A stretch of 58,222 nt of DNA from a virus (IMGVR_UViG_3300046009_003881:1-58222), one strand, 5' to 3'. Counted from the first letter of the stretch, positions 33,352 through 44,039 are shown. The notes: generated by a model from the sequence alone, not told the origin. Numbers and translations are program-made.

Positions 33352-36300
33352 ATGGACGAAAAGATTGTAAAGTATTACGAGTACCTTAAGTCAAAAGGAT
33401 TAGATGTTCCTCCGACAGTGGAGCAGTTTCAGAGTACTCTTCAAGATAAAGCTAGTAGCGATAAGTACTATGCTTATCTTCAAAACAAGAAGGCATCTAT
33501 GCCTAATCTTGACATTGCACCGGATGCGAACTCGTTCTATAATACATTAAAAAAAAAAGAAGAGCAAGCTCCGCAAGCACAACCACAAAGCCAACAAGGT
33601 CAAGAACAACCGCAAAGCGGTATGGCTTCACCTTCGGCAGCACCTTTATCGGTATCGAGGTACGGAGGTCAAGGTAGGTATGCAGGTGGCTTAACAGCAG
33701 AGAACATTGACCAATTTACATTCGCTCTTGACCAACAGAGACAAAGTATTCAGCAAGGGCAACAAGCTTACGATGATCTTCGTGTTATAAATCAAGAGGA
33801 CATAGCTCCAAGGCAAGATGTCCTAACTGTACCTAAGCAAGTTGCTGTTCAAAAAGAACCAAAGAAAACTCTTGTTGTTCCTACAGGAACTGTGTATGAC
33901 TTACCACTTGATGAGTATTCAATAAAGTACTTTGAGAATAAGGCAAATCAAATTGAACAGCAAAGGATAGAGAACGAAAAGCAAAAAGCTCTTACCGCTT
34001 CTAATCTTCTTATATCTCAAGACCCAATATTTAATCAGGATCTTCAGACAATAAACAAGGCGCTTATCGATATGGAGGAAGAAGAAGCTCTTCCAATTCT
34101 TAATGATAAGTTCAGCAAGTACGGGTTCACGTTTGTGAGGTCTGGTATTGGAGATGAAATAACTGTTAGAACTTCTGAAGGTAAAAACTCAGTAGTAATA
34201 AACTTTGATCCGTTTACCGGAATAACAGAAGCGTCTGAAGCGGAAAGACTTCGGTCGTTTATAAAGTCATACGCTCAAAGTCCTGACGTTAAAAAGGATG
34301 AGGACTTTATGGCAAGCGCCATAAGAGCAAAGCAAATAAGAAATAAGGGTAGAGATAATGGAGACGGCACGGTATCAACTGTAATCTTTACATCTTTCGA
34401 AGAAGACGGAAAGTTCAAGGTCATCCCAACCTTATTCCCTAAAGATCCAAACAACTACACCACTAAGAAAGACTCTTGGATGGAGCTTGGATTTGAAGAC
34501 GCATTAAGTACAGCTCGTCAAAGAGGAGAGATATTTGAGTTCAAGACAAAGGAAGAAGCAGAGAGATTTGCTGAAGGAGAGTGGAAGGATATTAACAAGG
34601 CTGATATAGAAGCGGATAATTTCTACAAGTCTAGAGGACTCAACTACTCTAACATCAAGCAAGCAAAGGAAGAATACCTTAAGCTTAGAGATAAGATGGA
34701 CTTCATCGAAGAGCAATTAGCTTTTGAAAGAGGAGACGAGTACATAACTGATGAGAGCCTTCGAAAGAAGTACGCCTTGTTAATGGACGGGGATTTTCTG
34801 ACGGAGGATGTTAAAGCTCAGTACGAGAATCTTAAAAAACAAGAGGAGCAGTTACGTGGGGTCTTGTTTGACTCTGATGTTATGACTGCTATGGAGGACT
34901 TCGATGCGTACGCAGGAAAGAAAAGGGATGAGTCTGCTTCTGAAGCGGCTAAATTAAATAGAGAAGCAACAGTAGCTTTTGATGCGCTTGATAATGCTTC
35001 GCTACAAACACTAGGTGTTAGTATAAATGACTTGACAGCGTTCGTTCCAAAAACTTCAGAACAAAAACAATATGCTGATGCGCTTCTAAAGAAGTACGCT
35101 GAAGTGCAAATAACAAAGGGTATGGCTGCTGATAAGTACTACTTGTCAAAGACTTACTTGGATGCAGCTATAGACAAGGAAGTTAATTACGAGTTCATTG
35201 AAAACTACGATGGATTTATAAACTCATTCAAGTCTGGTCTTGCAAATGGATCTGGTGTAAACCAAATCTTGCTTGCTGCTATTGGAAAGAAGGATGTTGA
35301 AAATCCTGAGGACCTAGCTGAGATAGCTGCTATTGTAGCTGAGTCTCAAAAAGAGATGGCTCAATTATCCGGATACAAATCTAGGGTCTTGAACAGATGG
35401 CAGAACGCTGTCGGTGCAGACGAAGCTATGGCTGTTGTTCTAAATGATCCTGCAGAATGGATGCTAACCCTTGCCTCGTACAGTATCTCTCAGATGCTTC
35501 CGTATGGAAGTTGGATTGTTCCATCGTCAGTAGCTACTGGAGCTGCAATAGGAGCAGGGTATGGAGCTGCAACCGGATCTTTAGCAGCTGGAGTAGGGGC
35601 TATTCCTGGTGCTGCAACAGGCGCAGCAATTGGTGCAACTAAGGGATTTCAAGCAGGTATGGCGCTAACTGGTTTTGCTACAGAATACGGCAACGCTATA
35701 CTTCAAGCCGCTACAGAAAAAGGATACGACCTAACTAATCCTCAGGATGTGGAGGCTGCTCTTCGTGACGCTTCAGTGTGGAAAGAAGGAGGAAGAAGAG
35801 GAACGCTTCGAGGTATTCCAATTGCTGTAGTTGACTATCTATCTGCAGGTCTTGCAGGAAACGTAATGAGAGTTGGGAAGACTGCACCTCTAGCGACAAG
35901 GGCAGCAGCTTACGTAGGAGAAAGGGTTGTGTTTGATACACTAGCAGAGATGACTGGTGAAGCTCTTGCTCAAGTTAGTGAAGGAAGAGATAATATTTCT
36001 TGGGCTGAGATAGTAGAAGAAGGAGCAGGTGGTATGGGAAGCAACACGTCAAACCTTGCTTTCAAGTCTGCTATGAGCGTAAGAAAGAATAAGAACATTA
36101 GCATAGCTAATGACTTGACTGACGTTAGGAATATAGCTACCGAGAGATCCTCTGATGCTAGAATATCCAAGTGGGCAAACAATATGCAGGCTCTTGGACA
36201 GATAGACGAAGACGTTAATCAGCGAATCCAAGAGAACATCTCGTTGAGAAACGAGGCAAAGCAATTGCTCAATATTGGTATTTCAGGAAAGATTGCAAAT

Positions 36301-39300
36301 CGATTGACTGGAAATGTTGATGCCGTTACGACTAGGGTTATGGAGCTTCTTGCTGCTAAAAAGGAATTATCTCTATCTGCAAGTAGAAGGGAGGTGTATA
36401 GGGATAAGATAGCAAGTATCAATAATGAGATTGCTACTATAAGCGAAACGAGAACCATTCCAACTGAAAAGGATATGGTAAACCTAGACGCGATACTTGG
36501 GTATAAAAGAAGTGATGTCAGTGAGTATATGATTGACGGAAGAAGATATACCAAGGAGGAGTTCACTAGAAGGATTACTGGTATGTCAAAGGAGAGACTG
36601 AAGAAGTCTAAGGTACAAGTAAAGGGCGATAATGAACTTATCGCTATGATACAAAATGAAGTAGGAAAACAAATTAATACCACACAGCAAGATGCCGTTC
36701 AAGAGCAAACAGCAAGTGAAGTTTCTTTACAGCCAGAAGCCGGAGTTAGCGAAGAAGTGGCGCAAAGAGAATCCCAAGCAGAATCTGAAGTCGTTACCGA
36801 AGAAGTCGAGCAAGAAAAAGTAAGTGTACTAGATAGTCCTGAGACTATATCTAGAAGCATACTGTCCTTGAATCCGGAGGAGAAGTCTACGGTTACCTTC
36901 TTGAGAGAGGATGGAACAGAGATTGGCATTGATGGAAACGAGACGGAGGTGGCTGACGCTTATGATATAGCTGTCAAGACCAACGAGAACGAAAGGACTA
37001 ATGCTCAGAGAAGTGTCATACAAGCAGTAGAGACATTGCTTGCTGATGAAATTCAAGCGGACCAGCTTGATACTATACTAACTACTTCACAACTGTCAAC
37101 TACTGTTTCTGATCTAGAAGCCGTAGAAGCAAGAAGACAAGAAGCATTAAGTAATATTATCTCTGAAGAATCAACCGAAGAAAACAGAAGACCAAACGGT
37201 AGCATAGGTACACAAGGATTTGATCCAACACAAATGAAGGACTTGATCAAATTTTTAAATAAGAAACTAAACTTAAGTATTGATGAACAATTATTTGAGG
37301 GTGATAAGATAAAGCCGTTGATTGATTTTATTAAGGGCAACAAAAACTTAGTTGAAAAAATAAAACAATACGTAAAAACAGATCCAATAGAGGTTAGCAG
37401 AATGCCTGATGGTTCATTACACTTTAGAGATGGTAATCATAGAGCTAATCTTTTAAATTTAATTGGTTCTAACACATTGCCAACAATAGAATTTGGACAA
37501 AGAAATAAAATTGATGAAATAAACGCTGAGTATGATGCAGAACTAGGCGCGATTAGCCAATCTGATCAAGACACTAGATTCAGACTTGATGCTCAGAAAG
37601 AAGGAAAGGCTGACGAGAAGATTGTAAAGACTATGAAGGCTATGCCTACTGAGGAAAAGCAATTCGTAGAGCCATCGGGTCTTTATGATGAAGTTACTGT
37701 AGATGCTATTGGAGAATCAAAGTCATCTACTAAGGAGCAGGATAGCGCTGATCTAGTGAAGGCACTCGGTCTGAAGTCGATAGATGAACTCAACAAGCGC
37801 ATCGAAGACTTCAATGGAATGCCAGTCATACTTGGTATGTCTGATATCCTTGGGTCCGGAACCTACACCGACTCTATGGGTAACCCGATGAAGGTGAACG
37901 GTGGTATACTCTTCGGTGCGTTCGGTGGTAATACTGATCTAGCTTGGGCTGGCGTACAGAGAAATGGAGCTGAGAATCAAATGAATGAAGCTATCGCTCT
38001 GTACAATAAGAACAAGGAACTGTTCGATAGATTATGGGAGGAAGGTAAATTGCCAATGGGACACGTTCCTATGGTGATTATGAGGATGGGTGATACTGCA
38101 GTAAACTCTAACGAGGCTGCGTTCAGATGGCTTGCCCCATACGTGGCATCGCTTCCAACAAAGAATAGAAAGGATGCGCTCAACTCATTGAAGGATGTTC
38201 TTTCCAAGAAGGTTGACAACGACTCGGCTGCATCTTGGCTTGTTGATTTCAACTCATCAGTAACGAGCGGTGAGTTCTCTACCAAGGAAGAGATTGTAGA
38301 GGCACTAGAGGAGATGCTTGCTAGTGAGGAGACTCAGTCTATCGAGAAGAAAAGAAAGTCGGTAGAGACCGTACTTAATGCAGTAAAGAAAAAGAAGACA
38401 ACGGACGAAGCGGTTGAGTATCTTGAAAACAAGACGGAGAGAATCCTATCATACATTGTACTAAACCACATTAAGAACAACAAGATCACAACTCTTGACG
38501 GTCTTCTTAATAGCGTGGTTGAAGAATCTAATAAGAGAGCCAAGGGCGATAATGCCGCGATGTCTCTTCCGGTTAGATCGTTCGTATTCTCTCTAGTTTA
38601 TTCTAAGGGATCTCCAAAAACTCCAAGCCTAGCGCCAATCAAAGCGCTTATGAACGGAGTTAAGAACTTCAAGTCAGAGTACTTTACTACAGACTTCTTA
38701 TACAACGCCATAGGTGAGCCGTCTATGCTTAAAGCAAAGCAAGGTGACACGGTAGCTGTTGTTGGAATAGATGTGCTTAACCCAGAGGTTAAGGCTACGA
38801 ACCATCCGAACTATGGATTTGGTCCAAAGGGTAGATTGATTGCTACTATAAGTAACCCAACGCAGGGTGTTGAAGTATTCCCTGAGTTCAAGGCTAAGGC
38901 ATCTCGTATATTCAAGAAGACCGCTGGCAAGAAGGCAAGTTATCCGGATCCTGAAAAGGTGGCGGCTCAGGTTGGCGGTGCGTTCTTTGTGGACAAGGCG
39001 TTTAGAGGTGCTAGAATTATGAAGGGGCAGATTGATGATCTCAATTTGCTCATAGGTAAATTGCGATTCGCTTTTCCTAACGTATCCGTAGCTACAACTC
39101 AAGAGGAGTTCGATGAAATCCTCAAGGACGAGACCGTTAGAAAGAGAGTCAAGGAAGGAAAGGTAATCTATGGTGTGACCAAGGGAGGAAAGATCTATAT
39201 CAATCCAAGCGAGCGATCACTAGCTACACCAATACACGAGTTCGGTCACATATGGATCGACTACTTGAGATCAGATGCTTCTGGAAAGAAGGGAACTGAA

Positions 39301-42300
39301 TTATTGAAGAAGGGTTTGTCTTTGGTTGAAGGAACCAAGGAGCATAAAGAAGCTATCAAAAAGTACGGTGATACCGAGCTTGCCAAGGAGGAGGCGCTAG
39401 TTGAGCTTATGGCTACAAAGGGATCTACGATAATCAACTCGGCTAAGAAGGCAGGGTTCTTATCTTGGATGAATGCTACGTTCAAGTTCATCAAGGAGAC
39501 GTTCGTTGCTAACTCAAAGAGTGTAACCTACGATCAGATCAAGACCTTGAGCATAGACGAGTTCATCAACATTGGTCTAGCGGACTTATTCAAGGGGTCT
39601 GAAGTCAGTGCAAAGTTCTCGGCAAGTCAAGCTGAACAAGCGAGTAAGGCGAGACTGTCTGCTGGAAACAACGTCAACTCTATCGCATCGATAATCGAAA
39701 GGGGTAGAGCAAGTGGTATATCCGACAAGGCAATTGCCATCTCATTGACAAGAAGAGGATTCACAGCCGATGAGATAGACGCTGCGTTTAAGGGAGCGAC
39801 AACCACATTGTCAAGGTCAACGCTATCCGAGGAGACTCTCCCTGGGTACGATGCGCTTATGGCAATCGTAAGGGAAGAGGCTAAGAGCGCGATAGAAAAA
39901 GGAAGGACGGAAACAAACGAAGCTCTTGATAGCTTAATTGAGATTATAAAGTCAGAGGATATTTATATTAACGCCACTAATGTTCAGCAGGAACAACTAA
40001 TAAGAGCAGTAAGAAGAGCATTTAAGAAGCGTGAGAAGTCTGCTCCATCTGCGTACACTATTGTAACTGGCATAAGCAATATTAAAAAGATTACTATAGC
40101 TGAAGCTGATCTAATCAAGAAGCAATTGATGGATTACGAGAGGGGTGCTAAGAACGCCTTGAAAGCTTGGACCGCAAAAGGGAAAGCCCTTTCTAATGAA
40201 ATGAGAGAGCTTGCGTCTAAAAAGAAAATAACTCTTATCCAGGCTGCTGTCGTGATGAAGAAGTTTAGCAGAGTGAATATGTTTGATGAAGACTCTGTTG
40301 ATGATTTCATTACCTATATGAAAAAGGTATTCTCTGACGCTGAGTACGCAGATAGAATCAGCAAGCTTTCATCCCTGATTCCAAAGGCAAAGAATAACAT
40401 AGACAAGAAGATTGGTATCGCTAGGAATCTTCAAGCACCATTAAGGAGAATGCTTGCAATCAATCCTAGCTTTGTTCCGGATGATGTGCTTTCTACCTAT
40501 GAAAATGTAGTGAAGATGTTTGCTCAAAGCGGAGCTGTTATTACTCCTGCTGAGAGATCAAGTGTTATAGATGATGTCAATAAGGTGTTGTTATCTGTAG
40601 ACGAAAAGTCAAACAAAATAACAGAGATGTCTATGATACTAGATGAGTTTGAAAACAAAGTCTTTGATGAGAACGGTGTACTAAACTACTCCGAAACAAC
40701 GAAGGCTATGCTAAAGGATGACTTAATCACTGTTGAGGATTATGAGTTTATGCGAGACAACAAGCGAAGCATAAACAAGACTATCAAGGATGCGAATAAG
40801 GTTGTGTCTCAAGCTGATCAAGATGCTAAGGCTGCTAAACAGCAAGAAGAGAAGAAAGCGCTTATTGATTCTATCAAGCGTTCTTCTATCGTGCTATCGG
40901 ATATGTTTAGCGAGGACGAGAAGAAGCTTGGTAAGGATCTCGCTGAACTTATAAAGACAGATGCTATAGAGTCGCTGACTAATAGTGAGCTGAACAATCT
41001 GTACAAGTTGATTCAGACAATCAACAATGGCTATATGCCATCGTATGCATACCGTGTTAAAAGCAAGCTATCTAGTATAATTAATGCTGCACCGGTAACG
41101 CAGGCTATAAGTAAGTCTGGCATTGCTGTAATCTCTAAGGCTGTGGCTGGAGCAAAGAGCTTGTTCTCTAAGAAAAGAGACACGGTTCTACAAGCCATAA
41201 GAAGAGGTACTCTATTAGACATTGACAAGACCCTTGGTAATTTTATGAGCAGACCAATCTTTGATAACATATTCAGAAAGTCTACGCAAGCTCAAGCTAA
41301 ACTGAAAGCAGGAACTAATAGCATTAGGCAAAGAATGGACGATGCGGCAGAAGCTGTGTTAAAATCATTGAACAATAATGGAAATGCTTTTGTTGAATCG
41401 TCGTTCAAGATGTATGCGTATATGATACAGCTTGAGTATGAGTCGAACAAGGGAAGCAAATCCGTTAATCCTGCGTCTAAGTTTATTGATGCTACAGTTG
41501 CAGCTATAAAAAAGGGTAAAACAAAATTCTCCAAGAAGGATACTGCTATCCTTGAGAAAATAAAAAAGGAATACTCTACTAATGGTGAGATTGACATAAA
41601 AAAACTATACGATTCATTCAACTCAGCAGAGAAGAAAGCAATCAGAGTAGCCCAGGCTATTGATAAGTCTATTGTGGATAAGGCTGAGTTTACTGCAGTT
41701 GTAATTCGAGGTGAGAAGTTCACCGCGATTAACAATCACATCCACCTTAACACAATAAAGGAGGATAACAAGAGCGATATAGCTTCTGCGTCTCAAGTCG
41801 TTACTGATTATCAAAACTCAACAAGACCATCATCTAAGTCTATGTCACTTGTGTCTAGAACCGGTGAGGTATCGCCATTGAATTTTGACTTCTACGCTGC
41901 TGTTAAAAAGGGATCTACTAGCGTTCTTGTGGATTACTATATGACTCCTGCTATTAGAGAGGCAAAGCAAACTATCAAACAAGTAGAGAAGAACTTAGAA
42001 GAGAAGCAGGACGGAATAACTGAGGATGAGCAAAAAGTTATTAACGCAATATCTATGGCTTACGATGAAGCTACTGAGAACTTGTTGCTTAATTCTTTTG
42101 TTGATGATTCGATCACGGCTAAAGCTATTAATATCCTATCAAAGAATGGATACCGTGCCGCACTAGCAGGTATACCTAGAGCAACCGCAGAGCTTGCGTC
42201 AAACTTAGCCTACGCTACAATCGTTGATCTAAATGCAATGGCTACAGCGTATAAGTATAGAGATATTATTATGTCTTCAGCTGGTCTTGACGTTATGTTG

Positions 42301-43644
42301 AACTCAGATAGCTTTCAATCAAACAGAGTTTACTCTGGTCAGACGCTTAGTGGAAAATTAATCGATTCCAATCTGCTATCTCAAGTTGCAGGAATGAGTG
42401 ATACCAGAGCGAAGGCTGATGTAGTCAATAGAATGCAGCAGATTTATAATATGACTGCGAAGAAGTACGTGAACAGCGTAGAGTTCATTGCTGATACTCT
42501 TATTTCTACTCCGGATAAAATGATTATCCGTCCAATTTGGTTCGGGTCATTTGCTAACGAGTTCAAGAAAGTGACCGGATCAAATGTAGACTTCGAAAAG
42601 ATTGCTAGTAATGACAAGGCTTATATGGAAAAGTATAAGGATGCTATTGCTAGATCTAGAGAGGTTGCTGATGACGCAAGCGTTATGGCTGGTGCTTCTG
42701 ATAATGCATACACCGGAATATTGAAGGGTGTTATAAAACCTAATCAGAATGCGTTCGCTAGATCAATGAACATCTTCAACAACTATATGACTAGGTTCGT
42801 TACGTATGAATACCTAGCATCTAGAACAGCTATAAACGCACTAGTTGGAAATGGAACTATCTCTCCAATGAGAGGAGCTGCTATACTAGCAGGGGTAACA
42901 TCAAGGATGATGGTGTACACTATGCTTACAAAGGTTCTTGGTGGTACAATGACATCACTTGTTCTTGGCGCTTTAGGATTCGAGTACGACGATGAGGATG
43001 AAGAGAAGACAGCGCTTCAATTGGCTGGTCAGTCAATTGGTTCTGCCCTTACGTCATTGCTAGTTGGTAGGGACTTCGGTAACGTAGCTAGAAATATACT
43101 GAACTACGGTGTCGAGTATGTAAATGCTAACTACCTAGAGGACTTGAGAACTGGAGAGTACGATCCGTATAAGGATAGTATGCAGATGTCTATCATTCCG
43201 CAAGACCCAAGCAAAATGAAGGCTGAGAAGATGATTCAAAGTGTCGCTGGACCGCTTGCTCCTGCTATTGGAACTGGTATTTTTGTTATCAAGAAGATAG
43301 CAGAAGAACCAAAGAAGGAGAAGGAAGCTATCGAGCGAAGTGATATAGAAACAAATGTTATGATTCCGCTTAAGATAGCAGGCACACTCGGACTAGTTCC
43401 ACTGTACAAGGACATCAATAAGGCAGTGAATGACTACACTTATCAGTCGCTCAGAGATGATGACAAGGGTTCTAGCGAACCACCTATGAGCAAGGAGCTG
43501 ATGAAGAAGTACTATCCAGATCTATACAACAAGATGTACAAATCAAATCCTGCAAAGGAGCAGCAAGAGAAGAGGATTAAGGATCGCAAGGAGATGATAA
43601 AGAAAAGAAAGGAAGACGCAATAAAGAGCAAGCTTCGCAGGTAG
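33352..43644 (+). CDS. Giant internal virion/polyvalent protein (3430 aa): glycine-zipper TM region, ParB/Srx-like insert, zincin metallopeptidase domain
   Basis: GxxxG repeats ~35530-35680; DGNHR 37429-37443; HEFGH 39235-39249. Confidence 0.8.
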   Translation: MDEKIVKYYEYLKSKGLDVPPTVEQFQSTLQDKASSDKYYAYLQNKKASMPNLDIAPDANSFYNTLKKKEEQAPQAQPQSQQGQEQPQSGMASPSAAPLSVSRYGGQGRYAGGLTAENIDQFTFALDQQRQSIQQGQQAYDDLRVINQEDIAPRQDVLTVPKQVAVQKEPKKTLVVPTGTVYDLPLDEYSIKYFENKANQIEQQRIENEKQKALTASNLLISQDPIFNQDLQTINKALIDMEEEEALPILNDKFSKYGFTFVRSGIGDEITVRTSEGKNSVVINFDPFTGITEASEAERLRSFIKSYAQSPDVKKDEDFMASAIRAKQIRNKGRDNGDGTVSTVIFTSFEEDGKFKVIPTLFPKDPNNYTTKKDSWMELGFEDALSTARQRGEIFEFKTKEEAERFAEGEWKDINKADIEADNFYKSRGLNYSNIKQAKEEYLKLRDKMDFIEEQLAFERGDEYITDESLRKKYALLMDGDFLTEDVKAQYENLKKQEEQLRGVLFDSDVMTAMEDFDAYAGKKRDESASEAAKLNREATVAFDALDNASLQTLGVSINDLTAFVPKTSEQKQYADALLKKYAEVQITKGMAADKYYLSKTYLDAAIDKEVNYEFIENYDGFINSFKSGLANGSGVNQILLAAIGKKDVENPEDLAEIAAIVAESQKEMAQLSGYKSRVLNRWQNAVGADEAMAVVLNDPAEWMLTLASYSISQMLPYGSWIVPSSVATGAAIGAGYGAATGSLAAGVGAIPGAATGAAIGATKGFQAGMALTGFATEYGNAILQAATEKGYDLTNPQDVEAALRDASVWKEGGRRGTLRGIPIAVVDYLSAGLAGNVMRVGKTAPLATRAAAYVGERVVFDTLAEMTGEALAQVSEGRDNISWAEIVEEGAGGMGSNTSNLAFKSAMSVRKNKNISIANDLTDVRNIATERSSDARISKWANNMQALGQIDEDVNQRIQENISLRNEAKQLLNIGISGKIANRLTGNVDAVTTRVMELLAAKKELSLSASRREVYRDKIASINNEIATISETRTIPTEKDMVNLDAILGYKRSDVSEYMIDGRRYTKEEFTRRITGMSKERLKKSKVQVKGDNELIAMIQNEVGKQINTTQQDAVQEQTASEVSLQPEAGVSEEVAQRESQAESEVVTEEVEQEKVSVLDSPETISRSILSLNPEEKSTVTFLREDGTEIGIDGNETEVADAYDIAVKTNENERTNAQRSVIQAVETLLADEIQADQLDTILTTSQLSTTVSDLEAVEARRQEALSNIISEESTEENRRPNGSIGTQGFDPTQMKDLIKFLNKKLNLSIDEQLFEGDKIKPLIDFIKGNKNLVEKIKQYVKTDPIEVSRMPDGSLHFRDGNHRANLLNLIGSNTLPTIEFGQRNKIDEINAEYDAELGAISQSDQDTRFRLDAQKEGKADEKIVKTMKAMPTEEKQFVEPSGLYDEVTVDAIGESKSSTKEQDSADLVKALGLKSIDELNKRIEDFNGMPVILGMSDILGSGTYTDSMGNPMKVNGGILFGAFGGNTDLAWAGVQRNGAENQMNEAIALYNKNKELFDRLWEEGKLPMGHVPMVIMRMGDTAVNSNEAAFRWLAPYVASLPTKNRKDALNSLKDVLSKKVDNDSAASWLVDFNSSVTSGEFSTKEEIVEALEEMLASEETQSIEKKRKSVETVLNAVKKKKTTDEAVEYLENKTERILSYIVLNHIKNNKITTLDGLLNSVVEESNKRAKGDNAAMSLPVRSFVFSLVYSKGSPKTPSLAPIKALMNGVKNFKSEYFTTDFLYNAIGEPSMLKAKQGDTVAVVGIDVLNPEVKATNHPNYGFGPKGRLIATISNPTQGVEVFPEFKAKASRIFKKTAGKKASYPDPEKVAAQVGGAFFVDKAFRGARIMKGQIDDLNLLIGKLRFAFPNVSVATTQEEFDEILKDETVRKRVKEGKVIYGVTKGGKIYINPSERSLATPIHEFGHIWIDYLRSDASGKKGTELLKKGLSLVEGTKEHKEAIKKYGDTELAKEEALVELMATKGSTIINSAKKAGFLSWMNATFKFIKETFVANSKSVTYDQIKTLSIDEFINIGLADLFKGSEVSAKFSASQAEQASKARLSAGNNVNSIASIIERGRASGISDKAIAISLTRRGFTADEIDAAFKGATTTLSRSTLSEETLPGYDALMAIVREEAKSAIEKGRTETNEALDSLIEIIKSEDIYINATNVQQEQLIRAVRRAFKKREKSAPSAYTIVTGISNIKKITIAEADLIKKQLMDYERGAKNALKAWTAKGKALSNEMRELASKKKITLIQAAVVMKKFSRVNMFDEDSVDDFITYMKKVFSDAEYADRISKLSSLIPKAKNNIDKKIGIARNLQAPLRRMLAINPSFVPDDVLSTYENVVKMFAQSGAVITPAERSSVIDDVNKVLLSVDEKSNKITEMSMILDEFENKVFDENGVLNYSETTKAMLKDDLITVEDYEFMRDNKRSINKTIKDANKVVSQADQDAKAAKQQEEKKALIDSIKRSSIVLSDMFSEDEKKLGKDLAELIKTDAIESLTNSELNNLYKLIQTINNGYMPSYAYRVKSKLSSIINAAPVTQAISKSGIAVISKAVAGAKSLFSKKRDTVLQAIRRGTLLDIDKTLGNFMSRPIFDNIFRKSTQAQAKLKAGTNSIRQRMDDAAEAVLKSLNNNGNAFVESSFKMYAYMIQLEYESNKGSKSVNPASKFIDATVAAIKKGKTKFSKKDTAILEKIKKEYSTNGEIDIKKLYDSFNSAEKKAIRVAQAIDKSIVDKAEFTAVVIRGEKFTAINNHIHLNTIKEDNKSDIASASQVVTDYQNSTRPSSKSMSLVSRTGEVSPLNFDFYAAVKKGSTSVLVDYYMTPAIREAKQTIKQVEKNLEEKQDGITEDEQKVINAISMAYDEATENLLLNSFVDDSITAKAINILSKNGYRAALAGIPRATAELASNLAYATIVDLNAMATAYKYRDIIMSSAGLDVMLNSDSFQSNRVYSGQTLSGKLIDSNLLSQVAGMSDTRAKADVVNRMQQIYNMTAKKYVNSVEFIADTLISTPDKMIIRPIWFGSFANEFKKVTGSNVDFEKIASNDKAYMEKYKDAIARSREVADDASVMAGASDNAYTGILKGVIKPNQNAFARSMNIFNNYMTRFVTYEYLASRTAINALVGNGTISPMRGAAILAGVTSRMMVYTMLTKVLGGTMTSLVLGALGFEYDDEDEEKTALQLAGQSIGSALTSLLVGRDFGNVARNILNYGVEYVNANYLEDLRTGEYDPYKDSMQMSIIPQDPSKMKAEKMIQSVAGPLAPAIGTGIFVIKKIAEEPKKEKEAIERSDIETNVMIPLKIAGTLGLVPLYKDINKAVNDYTYQSLRDDDKGSSEPPMSKELMKKYYPDLYNKMYKSNPAKEQQEKRIKDRKEMIKKRKEDAIKSKLRR
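36692..36823 (+). CDS. Nested +1-frame gene: basic 43-aa MPFKS-type protein
   Basis: MPFKSKQQVKFLYSQKPELAKKWRKENPKQNLKSLPKKSSKKK*; A-rich leader with A at -3. Confidence 0.65.
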   Translation: MPFKSKQQVKFLYSQKPELAKKWRKENPKQNLKSLPKKSSKKK

Positions 43645-43658
43645 TCTCTTCAATGAGA

Positions 43659-44039
43659 CTACTTGTGCTTGACGTACTTGATTGCCTTCTGCTTGTCATA
43701 GTAACAATGGAGTTCAGTCGGACTGTGTGGATCACCACCCATTCTGACTGCTCCGTTCAGCTTATCTATCTGTGCGTACATTATCCCATCGTCGCAGGAC
43801 CAAATCACAATGGGCTTAATCCTTTTGTCAACGAGCCTTGACACGTAATTGATTGGTATTGGAAGTGGGTACGCATTGTAGATCATTTTAAATCTAGGAA
43901 CCACGTAGACATAAGCCTGCGTTATACCATCCTTATTGGTAATCCTATAGAACGGATCAGCAAATACGTAAGAGAACCTTGTGATCTTTAAGAATAAGTC
44001 TATAGCTACAGACTCTCTCCTCTTAAGTTCGGATGTCAT
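43659..44039 (-). CDS. Hypothetical protein (126 aa), possibly a degenerate nuclease fold
   Basis: ORF track; last gene of the - strand arm. Confidence 0.65.
   Translation of the reverse strand: MTSELKRRESVAIDLFLKITRFSYVFADPFYRITNKDGITQAYVYVVPRFKMIYNAYPLPIPINYVSRLVDKRIKPIVIWSCDDGIMYAQIDKLNGAVRMGGDPHSPTELHCYYDKQKAIKYVKHK

Noticed and set aside
4124-43418. Many - strand ORFs inside the structural genes (e.g. 4124..4522, 36219..36683, 41292..41735)
   Set aside because: Antisense shadows of long coding frames with no protein-like features; only 5846..6319 has its own promoter and a plausible fold.
33352-43644. Virion RNA polymerase as in crAss-like or N4-like phages
   Set aside because: I found no DxDxD catalytic motif of the NADFDGD/DFDID type, and host-type promoters precede the early genes; a profile search would settle it.
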